In this document: positions 36,311 through 50,055 of the stretch, one piece after another
Position numbering within the stretch: the first letter of the stretch is position 1
How the letters are laid out: each line of letters starts with the position of its first letter
From: Ginglymostoma cirratum
Taxonomy: Eukaryota
DNA: 64,000 nt
Direction: 5' to 3'
NCBI GenBank assembly: GCA_024137785.1
Contig: JAHRHZ010000066.1
Location: 2,725,880 to 2,789,879 of the forward strand
Program-made: the position numbers and the translations under genes
The notes under the pieces: model-generated
Told to the model about the DNA's origin: nothing
What the model saw: the letters and a program-made list of their open reading frames with translations, nothing else
Databases searched by the model: none

Positions 36311-37624
36311 TTCAGTCTTTATTCACAGACTCAAGAAATCTCCTAATAAGGGATGTTAGGTGTATAGAAACCTCCCTGGTTTCTCTCTCTCATCTTTCCC
36401 ATTATCAATCATCAGAAAAATCTATCTGATTCAATATTGTCCTTTAGGGAAGGTAGCTGCTGTTCCTACCTAATCTGGCTCATACATAACTCTAGACCCA
36501 CAGCAAATGTGATCGACTCTAAAATGCCCACTAGGACGGCAATAAATGCTGGCCTAGCTAGTGACATCAACAGGCCACGAATGAAACACATAAATAGCAG
36601 AGTGACTTACACACTTCTCCAACCTAAAGGGATAGTTCCTGAATCAACAGAACTTGGTGAATTTACAGGTCAGATTTCAGCAATGTTCTTTGCGACTTCC
36701 TTGAAAAACCCTGCAATGGAAAACATCTGGATCTGGCTTTTTCATGTCTGTTATTTTGTTCATGTGAAATATGATGAATCTCTGTCCTTGATTTACTTAT
36801 TTCCCTGGAACACTCCATAGCCTACCCTCTTCCTCCACTATACAGTTTCCACACTTCTCACTTTCAATCCACTTCATAAACATCTACTCTGCTGCCTGCT
36901 TTCAACCTTCAAAAACTCCCTCACAATGCAAAAGACCACATAATAAGACTGGCCTGAGCCTTAGTTTAACCTTGCCTCTTCTTTTCAGTGACTAACTGCC
37001 AAAACATTGACTTTTCTTATCAATCAGTCAAGAATCAGTAGAAATTTCATCACACTTGCACAAGTCTAATCCCCACTCTGAACAGTCAACAGATACACCA
37101 AATTATGTTGCTCCTTTTTCTCTGCCATCAAAAGTAACAGCTGGTTTGACAAAATTTGAAGTCACAATATGATTAGAGCATCAGCACGGTATAACCATAG
37201 TCATACTGCCTACACAGACATATATCCCACCCCAAATCCATCAGATTTCAGTTCCGCCTTATGGAGTGGAGAATATTGTCTGACAAAGCGTCAGATGTGA
37301 AGTATATTTATTAAGTTCTATAAATTAGCAGAAATAGAACTTTACAAGTGCTCCATAATGAATTAAGTCAATGCTGTAGCCACAGTATTGCTTCAAAAAT
37401 GTAAGTAAACTTGTGAAATTTACAAAGCTCACCATCATTATAAACGTGAACAGTCAACTTCATCTTACTGCCAGAGAAACGTCCTTTGTATATCCGGTTT
37501 GTCTCTTCCCTCTTCACAAATGTGCAAAGACTAGGTTACGGTACTTTCAACGTCAGCCCTCTGCAATCTCATCTAGGTGATATTTCCACTAAAATAGCCA
37601 CTTATTTAAATAGTTTCAGTGCGT

Positions 37625-38030
37625 ATCTGACTGACTTGGAGTAGCGGTAATCTCGCCTGAATCAAAATGTTTTGGGTTCAAGCTGCCTCCAGACACTTAA
37701 TTTAAAATTTAGACTGTTATGTCAATGACTGAATGTTGCCTGGGTCAGAAGTACCGTTCTTTGGATGAGATGTTGAACCAGAAAAGTCAGTTCAGAAAGG
37801 AGCAAATTACCACATGGCATTATTCAAAAAAGTACAAAGAAGTTCAGCCAGTGTCCTACTAATATTCAGTCCTCCGTCAACAACACTCCAAACAGATTAA
37901 TTCTTAATTGTTTGTCAGACCCTATTGTGTATGAAATGACACTCGTGACAGACCTCAAATCAAAGAACTAAAATGCCATGGTATTTTACAAGGACATGAG
38001 ATGTAAGACATTAAAGTGAGTTATCTTTTG
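37625..38030 (+). mobile_element. Decayed Deu-domain SINE
   Basis: tRNA-like head (tgggttcaag), then ttggatgagatgttgaacc...catggcattattc...ccagtgtcct.ctaatatt...aacagatta. Confidence 0.65.
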
Positions 38031-38899
38031 TTTAACTTTCGCTTACTTGTAGATCAAGCATTCTGATGTGTTTCTGAGACTGGTAATTCCCTGCTTTGTT
38101 ACATTTTCCAATATCAGCTAGCTGCACGTTTTAACAAAAAACAAAAGGACCAAAGAGAGAAATAGAAAATGTGGCTTTGATACCACAATTCAGCATTGAC
38201 TTCATGTGATTGATCACAAATTCTAAACCTCGTGACAATCTCATCTATTGTTAGTTCATGTTTAGCCTCTTTTGGCTTAAATGAGGCACATATATTTCCA
38301 GTGAAAGCTATTTATCAGCATAATAAACTAGTAATATAAATAAATTGTTAACTGTCTGGGTTTGCCATATCTACCACAATTAGATCGGGTTCCATTGTTA
38401 TTTCGTACAGCTCTGAAGGCACTGTGCTTTATTTTATTTTAGAAGGAACATATAATTCTTTTTTTAATTTTTACACTGCATTCTAAATATATACTGAAGT
38501 CTTTCTCTTTCTCCATAACTTGCAAGGAAAAGATCAAACTTTGTCAAATTTGGACAAAAGTCAGCCCCAAGTGTCAGCTTTGGGAAGTTTCGTGGACAGT
38601 TTCCTTCCATAAGCCCCAGCAATATTTCTCATGCAATCTTACAATGCCCAACTCATCAAGTATATACCATTTTCTGTTCTTATGCAATCTTGTGCAGCAG
38701 AAGTGCTTGCTGATGCCAGCATCTTTCCTCAAAGGCCCGCACGTGCCCAATCCCTTCAAACCAAGAAGGCTTTCTGCCTCTGGGTTTCCCACTCACTCAT
38801 TCAGGGCACCTTACCACCTTTCCCAAGGATGTATCAGCCCCTGACTGACCGCAGCCTCCATTGACTGTGGTATGGTCTACTCGCCTAAGACTTTGGGAC

Positions 38900-39120
38900 A
38901 TGGCCATTTACTACATGCAGGATACTTGCTGCATAAGTTGTTGGCACGTGCTATAGGTGTAACATTGACAGAGTATGGGGCCATACACCACCATGTCCAC
39001 TCCTTTGGCAGTTAACTGGCAACAAACATGACAAGTTTTCTGTCTGCGCTAAAAAGCAAGGCAAAACAGAGATGCTGTGAGCACCCAAGTAAGCACAAAA
39101 TGAGTGAGTGAGTGTGAAGA
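38900..39120. repeat. Dispersed repeat, second copy near 51780-52030 (possibly Harbinger-derived)
   Basis: Both loci share taggtgt...attgaca.agtatg..gcca.aca...atgtccac and aaggcaa...gagat.ctgtgagca.ccaagt.agcac.aa.tgagtga. Confidence 0.55.
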
Positions 39121-42100
39121 AAACAAGCTAAGAGCCATTCTTAAGAGCCATTTAAAAAAAAATCACAAGTGGTCATCTGTTGTAAAAATATTTGTACCTC
39201 TACATCAAAGACAGATGGTTAATTGAAAACCTCTTTAAACTATCAGAATGTGAACCGAGTCTTTGGCTGAGCTAAGCAGATCATTTCCTTTTGAAACTCA
39301 GCCAAGTATTAATAATGGGCTCAGCTATCAGGAAAATCTAAACAATACAGTCTCTGAAAATGGAAAGGACAATTTCCTACTAAGTGACACCAGATGTCCT
39401 GTCAATCAAAGAAGCCCAGGTATACGTGGCCTTTTTTCCTCCAAATGAAAGCTTTGCTGTTTTCCTTTCTACTTTTTTCTAGGCAGTTAAATAACTTCAA
39501 ATTATTACACTGGAGAACAAAGTATTGTCTCCTTCACTTTTAAATTCAAAACAGCATGTTTCCCAATGGGAAAAGTGCTCTATTACATCTCAACAACTAA
39601 ACAATGTAGTTGTCAATTTACTTTGTAGGTCAGAACCTGATTTTGAAGTACTGCAGCTAAAGCACATCTACATCACAGTACAGCATCTTTGGGGGCCCAT
39701 GAAACTACAACTGAAAAAAATGCTATTTAAGCTGATAATATAAATCAGATTGCTCCAAATTATGCATTTCACTTGCATTGCCAGATTTGTACTTATGAGC
39801 AGCAGTCCATAGAAAACTTGGCAGGGTAACTGCCTCTCTCCATTTCCCCACCAGTTCCAAAGCAATATAAAACTGCAAAACTTGAGGTGTAAGTTTCATC
39901 TTGATAGAAAACTAATATTGTGACAGTATCAAAACAGGCTTCGTCGGTCACCCAAGGGACCCATTGATCTGCTGTTTGTGCGAGAGTGCAAATGTAAGTG
40001 GGCAGTAAAGAAAAAACAGCACTCACATTCACTTAATAGATGTGCTATTGGACTGCAAAGGCTCAAAGTCTCCAATATTGTCAATGCTGAGAATCAGCAG
40101 GCAGAGGAAGCCAGTGGGTGACATCCCAAAGAGTAATACACATGTACTACAAGTAATTTCACAGGATCTTATTCTCAAATTGCTACTCAGGAGCTGCATA
40201 CATGTTCGCTCAGAAAGGATTCTCATTTTGAAGATCACCACTGTAAATTATAAATTTGAAAGGTTGCTTTATGCTGAAATTGTCCTTCACGTTGGTGGAA
40301 CAAATAAGTAACAGGAAGTGAAAGAGACTCTTCCGTCTCGAGTGATTTGTGCAAGCCTTTCCCACAAGGGAATTTAAATAGATGTTACAGCAAGTAATGC
40401 AAAAGTAAGAGGACTGCAATCCAAAAAGTTTAAACATATCAAGGCCTTAATTTCTCTTTTATAGGAAAAAAAAACCTCTAACTGCATTGAACTCCATGAG
40501 AAAGGAGACTGGTGCAGTCATAAATCTTTTATGCTGGTGTTTCCAACATGCCATAAAATGACAAAACAGACAGTGAATCGTATTGCATCCTCGACTGCAA
40601 GTGTAACAGGAGCACACCAGTTGGTCCACATTATTTAATATATTTTGCTCGAAGATGTTTTAAAGAATGGAAAATGTCACCTAATCATTTTTTGAAGGGA
40701 GAACTTTTTTTTTTAAATTTAAAACCGTTTTACTGGCTAACCCAAATTACACAACAGTGGCAACTGATGTGTTTTTATCCACACCTCTAAAAATTTGTGA
40801 AAATATAAAGAGGATTTACCCTGAATACATGTATTCAGCAGCAGACACAGAGGAAAACCATAACATCCATAGCATTGAGCTTGGATTGGTCTGTAATTAA
40901 ACATGACGGTGATTTAACGTAAACTGAGTGAAGAGTGAGGACGAGCATCTTTAATGGCGATTAATCTCCACAACACAGTGAGGAGGTCTGCCAGATCAAG
41001 GCACTTAACTTCTAACTGGTGGGCTTCTCAGTTATCAGATACCTTGCCAGTCGCGTCCCACCATGCCTGAAACTGCCAGTCAATTAAGAGGCCTGTCAAA
41101 GCTAGCAGGTGGAGACCCAGACTGCACGGCCATAGAGACTAGGACAGATAGGTTTGGGAAGGTAGGGATGGGATTGTGGGGTGGGAGTGGGTGTTCATGG
41201 CCGAGAGAGTCGTGGGGGCAGAGGCAAGGGCTGGGGATGAGCCACTGAATGCCATTCTCCAGCCTCACTATGTTTTCCCAGTTGCCCTCAGATTGGGGCA
41301 AAGGAAAGTTCCCCCACCCCAAGCCGGCAGCCCTGGTTCCCTGTCCAGAAAGCAGCTGCTGTTCTCACCTGTTAAGCTGGCAGGTAGTCTGGCCAGTGAT
41401 GGATTGAAGCCCTTACAGTCATAGGAAGGTACAGCATGGAAACAGATTTTTTGGTCCAACACTTCCTGTGGCAGTTCATTCCATACATGCACCACCCTCT
41501 GCAGGAAAAAGTTGGACCTAACCTTTTAAATCTTTCCCCTCTCACCTTAAAACTATGCCCTCTAGTTTTGGATTCCCCTACCCAGGGGAAAAGACCTTAA
41601 GATGTTATTAATTAACCACTTAAGGGCCTTAATGGTTGAGGGTCAGGAAGATTGTCCATGGACCTCCCACCCAGAAAATTATTGTTGAGGTGGCAGAAAG
41701 GTGGGTGGGGGGGGGGGGGGGCGCTGTGAATATCATTCCGATGCCAATCCACCCCGCTGTCTGCCCTTTCCTCCATCTTCCCTGCCTCTTCTAGGGAGGG
41801 GAAAATCTCATCCACAGTTTTGGAAAGGCTCATGTCATTTCATGCAGTTTGCTTGTAATCCTGATTGCTGTGTGTTAAATAAACAGCTAAACAAATTGAA
41901 CGTGTGAATGGAAAAGAAACCCCATTTTACTCTGGAGAAACAGATCTTCAATTGACAGTGTAGGTCAGCTCAAAAAGGGTTTCATATACACAGGAAGTGA
42001 GAGAAAGTGAAAGTTATCAAAAGGATGCCTTCTTAATTTATTGGAGCTGCATATTATTTATGACTTATTATCAAAAGGCAAAAACTGATTTTTATGAACT

Positions 42101-45100
42101 TTATAGAACTCTAATAAATATAAAGGGAGGCAGTACACTGTTATCCCTGTGGTACTAACTGCCTAAACACACTCCCTGCCCACACATGGCCAGGATGTGA
42201 ACTAATATTGTGATTTGATTGAAAATACCACCAATATTTCACCCAAATGAAAATATTCCTCACAGACATCACAGCTCTAGTGTTCACACACATATAATAA
42301 AACACTTTAAACAAGCAATCTCTTGTGGCTAGGAGTTTGGCTCCATTCCAGCTTCAGGCTCAGACATTCAATTCTCTTTTGCTTTTCAACACCTCATCCA
42401 CAGGAATTTGCCAGACAAAATGTATTTGTTTGAATAACTGCTATAACCATACTATAATTTTAGTCTTTTGCGTCTCCCTAGTCTATTAAAATCAGGCATG
42501 AATCTAGGAAAAGTCACTGCTGAAGTCAAACCCAATTAAAATCCACCAGATTTTCAACGTGGCTGAATCCAAAAAAAGTTCTACTTGACACATCCGTCAG
42601 TCTGTCAAAGAAAACGTTAACTAAAATGCATCTGAAGCATTCTCGCCACATATTTTGAAACTAATTCAAAAATGATATCCATTGTTCATTAGATTACGTT
42701 CTTGAGAAAGGTTTACCTACAAAGGATCTTATTCATTCTTGTACCAGCCCAGACACCCAGACGCATTACAATAATGACCACTTCTTGTAAAGATTCCATT
42801 CTTATTTCTCTACGCTATCAAAAGATATCTAACTGTCTCTCAGTTACAGTCAGCGGTCACTGAGCACATCCACTCTGTTCTCAATTCAAGTCTGCATGCC
42901 TCTTTTGGCACAAATGGTAGTGTCCCCACCTCTAGACCAGGAGGCCCAGGTTCATCTGCTCTAGAGATATGTCATAACATCACTGAATTAGAATTCGAAT
43001 CAGGTTGATTGTCACATGTACTCAGGTACACAAGTATGGAGAACAGTGAAAAGTTTACAATGTTGCTCCAACTGGTGCCATCTTAGGTACAAAGTGCCTA
43101 GATACAAAACAGAGAAAAGTTCATTACCTTACAGTTATTCATGGTATAAGTTAGAAAAATAAGAAATAAAGTTAAAAAGATAAACATTACAGTCTTTCTA
43201 TAAAGGGCCTGCAGTAGATCAACACACGGGACTTCCACATGTGGTCTGGCCCAGACTTGCACGCTGCTGACAACCCGCAACAGTCCCCAGTCCAACAACC
43301 ATCCCTGCTCCATTCCAGGCACACTGGCCATCCTGCTCCACTCAGGCTGATTGATCAGGAAACATCTAATATTCTGGAAATAACCTCGTCATCTTCAGCC
43401 TCTGATAGCATACTCAGGAAGCTCCAACAGTACCTCACTGTTTCCTTGGACACACTGATGGTCTCACTAACGTAATTCTTAGCTATGCCTCCCACTTTGA
43501 CAGCAGCAGGGACTTCTGGAGTACTTGTTGGTAGGGATTTGTGGTTTTGTCACTAGATAGAACGTAAAAAGAGCCATGATGGCCATTAATTGCCCATGAA
43601 GTGCAAATCAAGATACAAGATGACACTGAACTAGTTTTTATACGGGTTTAATAAATTATGACAAATATCACCTGTCTTTTCCGTCTTAATGCTACAATTA
43701 TCTAACTAATTGTTGGTGAATACTTTTGTGTAGACAATCTGCGTAAAATCTTGAAGACATTGCATGCGTTTTGACACTTTTTTTGTGATGTGACATAATT
43801 ATAATTTTCTGAAATCACAATACTGAATTATAATTTTCGTTGTCTGATCTTTCATATACTTTGCCATTCTATGTAATACATTCCTGTAGGAGGGTAACAA
43901 CTTAGCTGGCCTGCATTTAGATTTTCACTGCTCTTTTTGCTCCAACAGTCAGTAAGGAATGCCTTCTCTCCTCTGCGCCATATGGTGAGACTTATAGAGG
44001 TGTACCAAACTCAAATACAATGACAAACGTATCTTGGCTTTCTTCATGACAGACCCAGGTATAATGCCTTTACCTGGATTCATTAGATCAGCTGCACTGC
44101 TGTGCACTGTACATAATGAGCACTGTGAATGGTTTTGGCACTAAACAGATTCTGCTCCCTTGCTTCGAACAAAAGACACAGAAACACAACAAGAACATTT
44201 CCCAAAGAATTGTACAAAACCATGCTTCCCCAAGGATCCAACATTATTACAAGGATTGTGTCATTCTCTCCAGATCAAAGTGAGAAATCAATGCATTTTC
44301 ATGCCAGTGGGAAAATGTTACAATGCAATAAAATTCTCTACATGTTTCAGAAGGACAGCTATTAGAATTTTGCTAGTGAATGATTTTTTTCTTTAAATCG
44401 ACTGAAATATTCTTTTAATAATGAATGCTTGCATTACTGTGCAAGAAAATTATCTTTTTCTCTAATTACCTAAAGTAAATGCAGGAAAAAGGAACCCTAA
44501 AAGAGAGTGAACTCTCAAAAAAAACTTAATGTCACAATATGAGTAGAGGTTTTTGATGTCATTGATTCAAAACAAATCTTACAAAAAGGATTCTTGAACT
44601 TTTACATGCCAACAGTTATTCCTGTTGATGTCCATTTTATGAACGATTGGCACGTCAATCACAACCTCCACCATCAGATTACCACATCAGCGTGTCCAAA
44701 CATGACTAGCAGCTTCCTTTCTGAAACTCGGGCACATTCGCCTCCATGCTCGCGCATAAGAGAACAGAAAAGGGGAGAAAGTGGGAAAATGATACGGAGT
44801 TGGATGATCAGCAGGCTCAAAGGGCTGAATGGCCTACACTAACTTCCACTTTCTACGTTTCTCTGTTTCAATGCCCACATTAACCAACAGTTTACTTTGC
44901 CACTAACAAAACAAATAGTAAATCATTTCAACCAGAGAGGTATCAAGGTTAATTTAGATACTTTTCACTATGAAAATCTGGTCTTCCCAACATCTCTTAA
45001 AGTTTCCAAATAGACAAAAACATGAGGCTTAAACCTCTAATCTCCATTTTAAAGAATGAAAACTTCATTCTGACCTCAAAAGCTCATTTACATAGTAGCT

Positions 45101-48100
45101 GTGACACTGGCCTAAAGTTGAGCATTGAGTAAGAAATCAAAAGATCCGTGAACAACAGAAGCATGCAAGAGGAATGAGCAGTAATGAAGACAGCCAGAGA
45201 AAGCAAAATTGAAGTTAATAATGTAAACTGAATGAAATTTGTAGGTTATCAAAGTTGTTTTATGGGCTTGTAATACATTAAACCTGTATATGAAACCTCT
45301 CTAAAGATACCGGTTTTCAGCATGGCTACGTTCTATCCGAGTCAATCAGTTTAATAAATACAAATCTGAGCAACGAGATCTGTTACATGAGACTGAGTTA
45401 CTCAGCTTGCAATTTGCTGCTGTGAATCAGCCAAAAATACCCCCAAACTCTTTCATCAAGAGCGCAGCTGGTCCCTGGAGGCTTTCCCTACGAGAAAAGC
45501 AGCAACAATTTTGTACAGAACAGAATCTCCGGATTCCCATTCTTCAAAAGCTCACAGGATTCCTTTACTCACTAAAACTCCTTTCTGAAAGGGTTGGTCC
45601 AAAGTGATGAGAGCTCTCTCAAACAATGTCACCACACATTACATCAGTGCTTAGAATCTCCTTTGAAACAAATTATCCCTCTGAGCGCAGAAGGTGGCCT
45701 TTCAGCTATTTGTATCTATGGCAGTTCTTTGATACCACAATTCAACACATCTTTACTCTCCACTGTCCCTCTCCAACACCATGCTCCCATATTTTCCACC
45801 TGTATCAAATAATATTTATTCTTTTCCCTTACCAGATGCAATTAACTCTGTACTGAGCTAGAAGCAGGAGCTGTTGCAAAGACCACCTAACTTTATTGAG
45901 GATAAGACAAGAAGAAGAACTTGACCATTTCATTTTGCTGGCTTTATATTCTGTGTTTTAGTTTATTTTCTGTTTTAAGACAGCACCAGAGATTGTTGAC
46001 ACTAAACAACACTTTTCACTGTATTAGTAATAAATACACGTGACGACAATTAAATCAAACTAAATTGTACGAATAACACGGCACCTAAAACTGCAGCGTA
46101 CTCTAATTATAACTTAATTAATGCCTTGCATAAACTTATCATTATTGAGACATATAGATACACGAATAGGAAAGGTTTGGAGGGATAAGGGCCAGGAGCA
46201 GGCAGGTGGGACTAGATCAGTTTGGGATTACGTTTGGCATTGACTGGTTGGACTGAAGGGTCTATTTTCATGCTGCGAGACCGCATGGCTTAGTTTTAAG
46301 TTGCTTCCTTCATTTATGAAACTCAAACACTAGGTCTTTTTCTCTCTGAAATAAAATAAATAACTGCAAACGTTGGAAATCTGAAACAAAACAGAAGTTC
46401 TTGAAGGGTCACTGGACCCTTCTGCTTTCTCTCCACAGGTACTGCCAGGCCTGCTGGATTTCTCCAGCAATTTCTGTTTTTGTTTCCAGCTTATATTCTT
46501 GTGACTTTATCTACCTATATCTCAACCTTAGGTTCATTTACCCTCTGTTTATTTACAGCAGGCAGTGTCTTTCTCTTGACTATATGTCCCAGTCCTTGCT
46601 CAATCCCACCAGTATGCACTGTCTTCTACCTTCAAAAGAGTGAATCTGGTCCTTTTAAAAACTCATTGGATTCGAGTTCAAAATCTCTCCCCCATTTTTT
46701 GCCTAGCAAGGGATCAACTGCGAGGAAGGGTACAGATAGGTGAGGTTGGTAGCAGTTGAAATACATTCAAAATGATTTGACAGCAGTTTAAATTGTCCTT
46801 CCTTGGTTTGGCTGAGTGCCACATTAAATCACAAGATGGTAAGGCAACCCGCCTCAAGTTTACAAAGTAAATATGCAATCTGGACTCTGTTGACAACACA
46901 GGGGATTGATCTGCTATTCTACCCTGAGGCCCGAGTATGGGTGGCGATGATGGGTTTGCCATCAGGCCAACAGGTGGCAAAAGGAGCCACGTGCGATCCT
47001 AAATTAATACTCCTTAGCTTCCTTGTGCATCCACAGCAGCAGGGTGGTGCCCTGGGACTTGCAAGGACTTCCGCTGATCCTGGCTTTTCCAGTCTCTTCT
47101 AACCTCTCTGTCCAGGAAGACAATAAGTGACATGTTAACAAGGCTCAATTGTTAAAATGAAATGGCAAGAGGCCACTGCGTGCCACTGCCACTCCTGCCC
47201 CAGAGTTAAAGTGAAGGTCACAGTTTCAGCAGTGCTACCACTCATTGTTTCTTCCTGCTGACTCTTACTCTGTGAGTTATATTTTTATTGTGATATGCGA
47301 TATCCTTCATTCACCTTTTTTGCTAGGTGACGAAATTCTGCACTCTTTCAAGCTGACCACCAACTTTTCCTAACTCCTATTCACATTCATGTTGTGTTTA
47401 TAACTAATTTGATCAAATTTCCATAACCTTCAATTCTGTTCTGTTCTCTTCAAAAAAAAATTTGCTCTTTTCCTCACTTTTCCAACCTACCTCCTTGCTC
47501 ACTTTCCACCGTTTCATTTCCCCCAATTACCAAGCCCACTGCTATTTATTACTACCCTTTGGCGGTGAATAGATTCTATTACCATGACGCATATCCATAA
47601 ACCCTGAACGCTAGTCCTTACAGCCAATCCTGTGGTTAATTTGGGAATCATGACAGGAGATCAAGCCAGCCTCCATTTCCTCTGGCAGCTCATTCCATAC
47701 AAGCACCACCCTCTGCGTGAAAAAGTTGCCCTTTAGATCCCTGTTAAAACTTTCCCCTCTCACCTTAAATTAGCAAAGAAAAGTTTAATTGAAACAGGAA
47801 TGGGGCTTGAAATGGACAGAAGGCAGGGTTGGACGGTACAAGAGATATGGAGCTGGTGAGAAGAATAATTAAAAATCCAGCAAGAAATGCTGGGGTTGGG
47901 GAAGTATGTGAAAAAAAGATAGAAACCATTGTAAAGCCAGTTTAATGCAAAAGAGAATTCTGGAGAAGAATAGAATACTGGAGCCGATTAAGTAAAATAA
48001 CAAGCATATTGAAAAATTAGGCAAAATGGGAATAAACTTTAGAACTGTTCCAGGGATGAAAATGTAAAATAAATGGGAAAATAAATAACACTAATTGAAA

Positions 48101-49957
48101 GGAGAATTGAATGGTCAGCAATGGCATAGGGAAAGTGAGAAAAATAATGGAGAACGGCCAAGCGCAATAAACTAGCATACCACTAGACTGGAAGAACAGA
48201 AAAACTAAATTTTTAACAAATGGAACAATAATCAGAGGCCACTGAAAAGAATTAGACTGAAAAAAAATCTTTACTTTTTCCTTTCATTCAGCAAGACTCT
48301 GCTCTTCAGTTGGATTTCACTCCATTGTCTTTAGAAAGCAGTCTGGAAGTGACTTCAGGCAGAATGTTTGGCCCTGTAAAGGACTGGAATGGAGGTGGAA
48401 GGACCTTCAGAATAGCAATGCTGGCCAGCACGATGGTGCCTCAATGCTGCCCGTAAGCCTTTGGCTTATGGAGTTGGTGGTGCATTCCAGGCAGTAGAGC
48501 TCCCCATCAGTGAGGCAGGCAGCCAATTAGGCTCATTACGAACCTCATTGATAGGAATTGAAGGGCATTGAGTTGATTTTTCAGTTGGCCTCCAGTTTTC
48601 AGATTTGTAACAGTCAGGGGACCAAGCTCTCATTAGGTCTAGACCAATGCTTCCCAAAATCTTTCCCACTGTGATTCTAATTCGAGGCCTGAAAATTGTT
48701 AGACCTCTAGTGAGAACTGAAAGAGCTAAAGTCTCTTATGTTTTAAAAATGCCCAGTTCTTTCCCAGCAGGGAGCTGGTTTTTGAATGGGGAAAGGCTAA
48801 ATAAGGGAAAACTGAAAACTCATTTTGAAGGTCCCCCACATCTCCTTGGCTCTGCAACAGTCTAGGCCACAGCCTCGCTGCAAGGAGACATTTACTGTAT
48901 GGAATTATCTAACGTTATTTCAAATACTACTCCCATTCTTCCGCACCACCACACCCTCTGATGTAACCAACAGGTCACTGACTAGCTTATAAAGAATAAG
49001 ATATGAACCATATATTGTTAAATGGATAACTGATTATTTTGGTCTGGTCTGATCAAATTGTCTCCTTTCTTCTTACCACACTTCACCTGAAACCCCACAT
49101 ACAGGAGAATAAATATGCAGCAAGTGAATAGAGAATATGAAACAGAGCTGAAGTATCACTTCAGATGGTAACTAGTTTGACACACTTTGCACTCTTTCTG
49201 GGATATCTGGTTATCTGGTAAACAAATGATATGCAAATAAGCCATTAGAGCCACTCTTTTTAAGATGGCTTCCTTTTCTTCCAGCCTTGTATCAAAACTG
49301 GTCACAGACGATCTCGATCCTGCCATAGGCAGAGTGTGGATCCAGGAAATCCCTCGTTATCGAAGCTTCACTTGTATAAGCTGCCATTGGAATAACTGAG
49401 GTTCCTCAAATCCAACAACGATGAAGTGCCCTCTGTCAATTAATGGGAAATATATGAATATATTCTTTTGTTGGATTTTATTTACCAGCTCTCAGACCAT
49501 AGCAAACCAAATCAGGAGAAATAGGCATCTGCAACCATACCAGAAATCTTAAAGATGTCACGTTCCCTACAGTAGCAACTCACCAAGACACCTTTGACAG
49601 CACCTTCTCAACCTGTCACCTCTACCACCTAGGAGGGAGAAGTACACCATGTAAACATTACCATCTGCAAGTTCCTCTCCAAGCCATTCAGCATTCTATT
49701 CCTTCGCTGTCACTGTCAATGGGTGAAAATCCTGGAACTCCTTCCCGATCAACACTTTTGGGTGGCCCTACGCCATATAGACTGAAATGGTTCAAGAAGG
49801 TTACACACTACCACCTTTTAAGGGTAATTAGGGATGGATAATAAATGCTGAGCCAGACAGCAGTGCCCACTTCCCAAGAAAATAAAACTGGAAAGCACAA
49901 TACTGTAGATGCTGTGATTCTGAACTAAATGCAGAAAATACTCTGCAGGCCCGGTAA

Positions 49958-50055
49958 GAGATAACAAGGTGTAGAGCTGGATGAACATAGCAGGCCAAGC
50001 AGCATCAGAGGAGCAGGAAAGCTGACGTTTTGGGCCTAGACCCTTCTTCAGAAAT
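49958..50055 (-). mobile_element. Penelope-like terminal fragment nested in an older Penelope-derived element
   Basis: Near-identical to 9121-9218. Flanked by ggcc(c/t)ggtaagag at 49948-49960 and 50068-50080. Confidence 0.8.
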
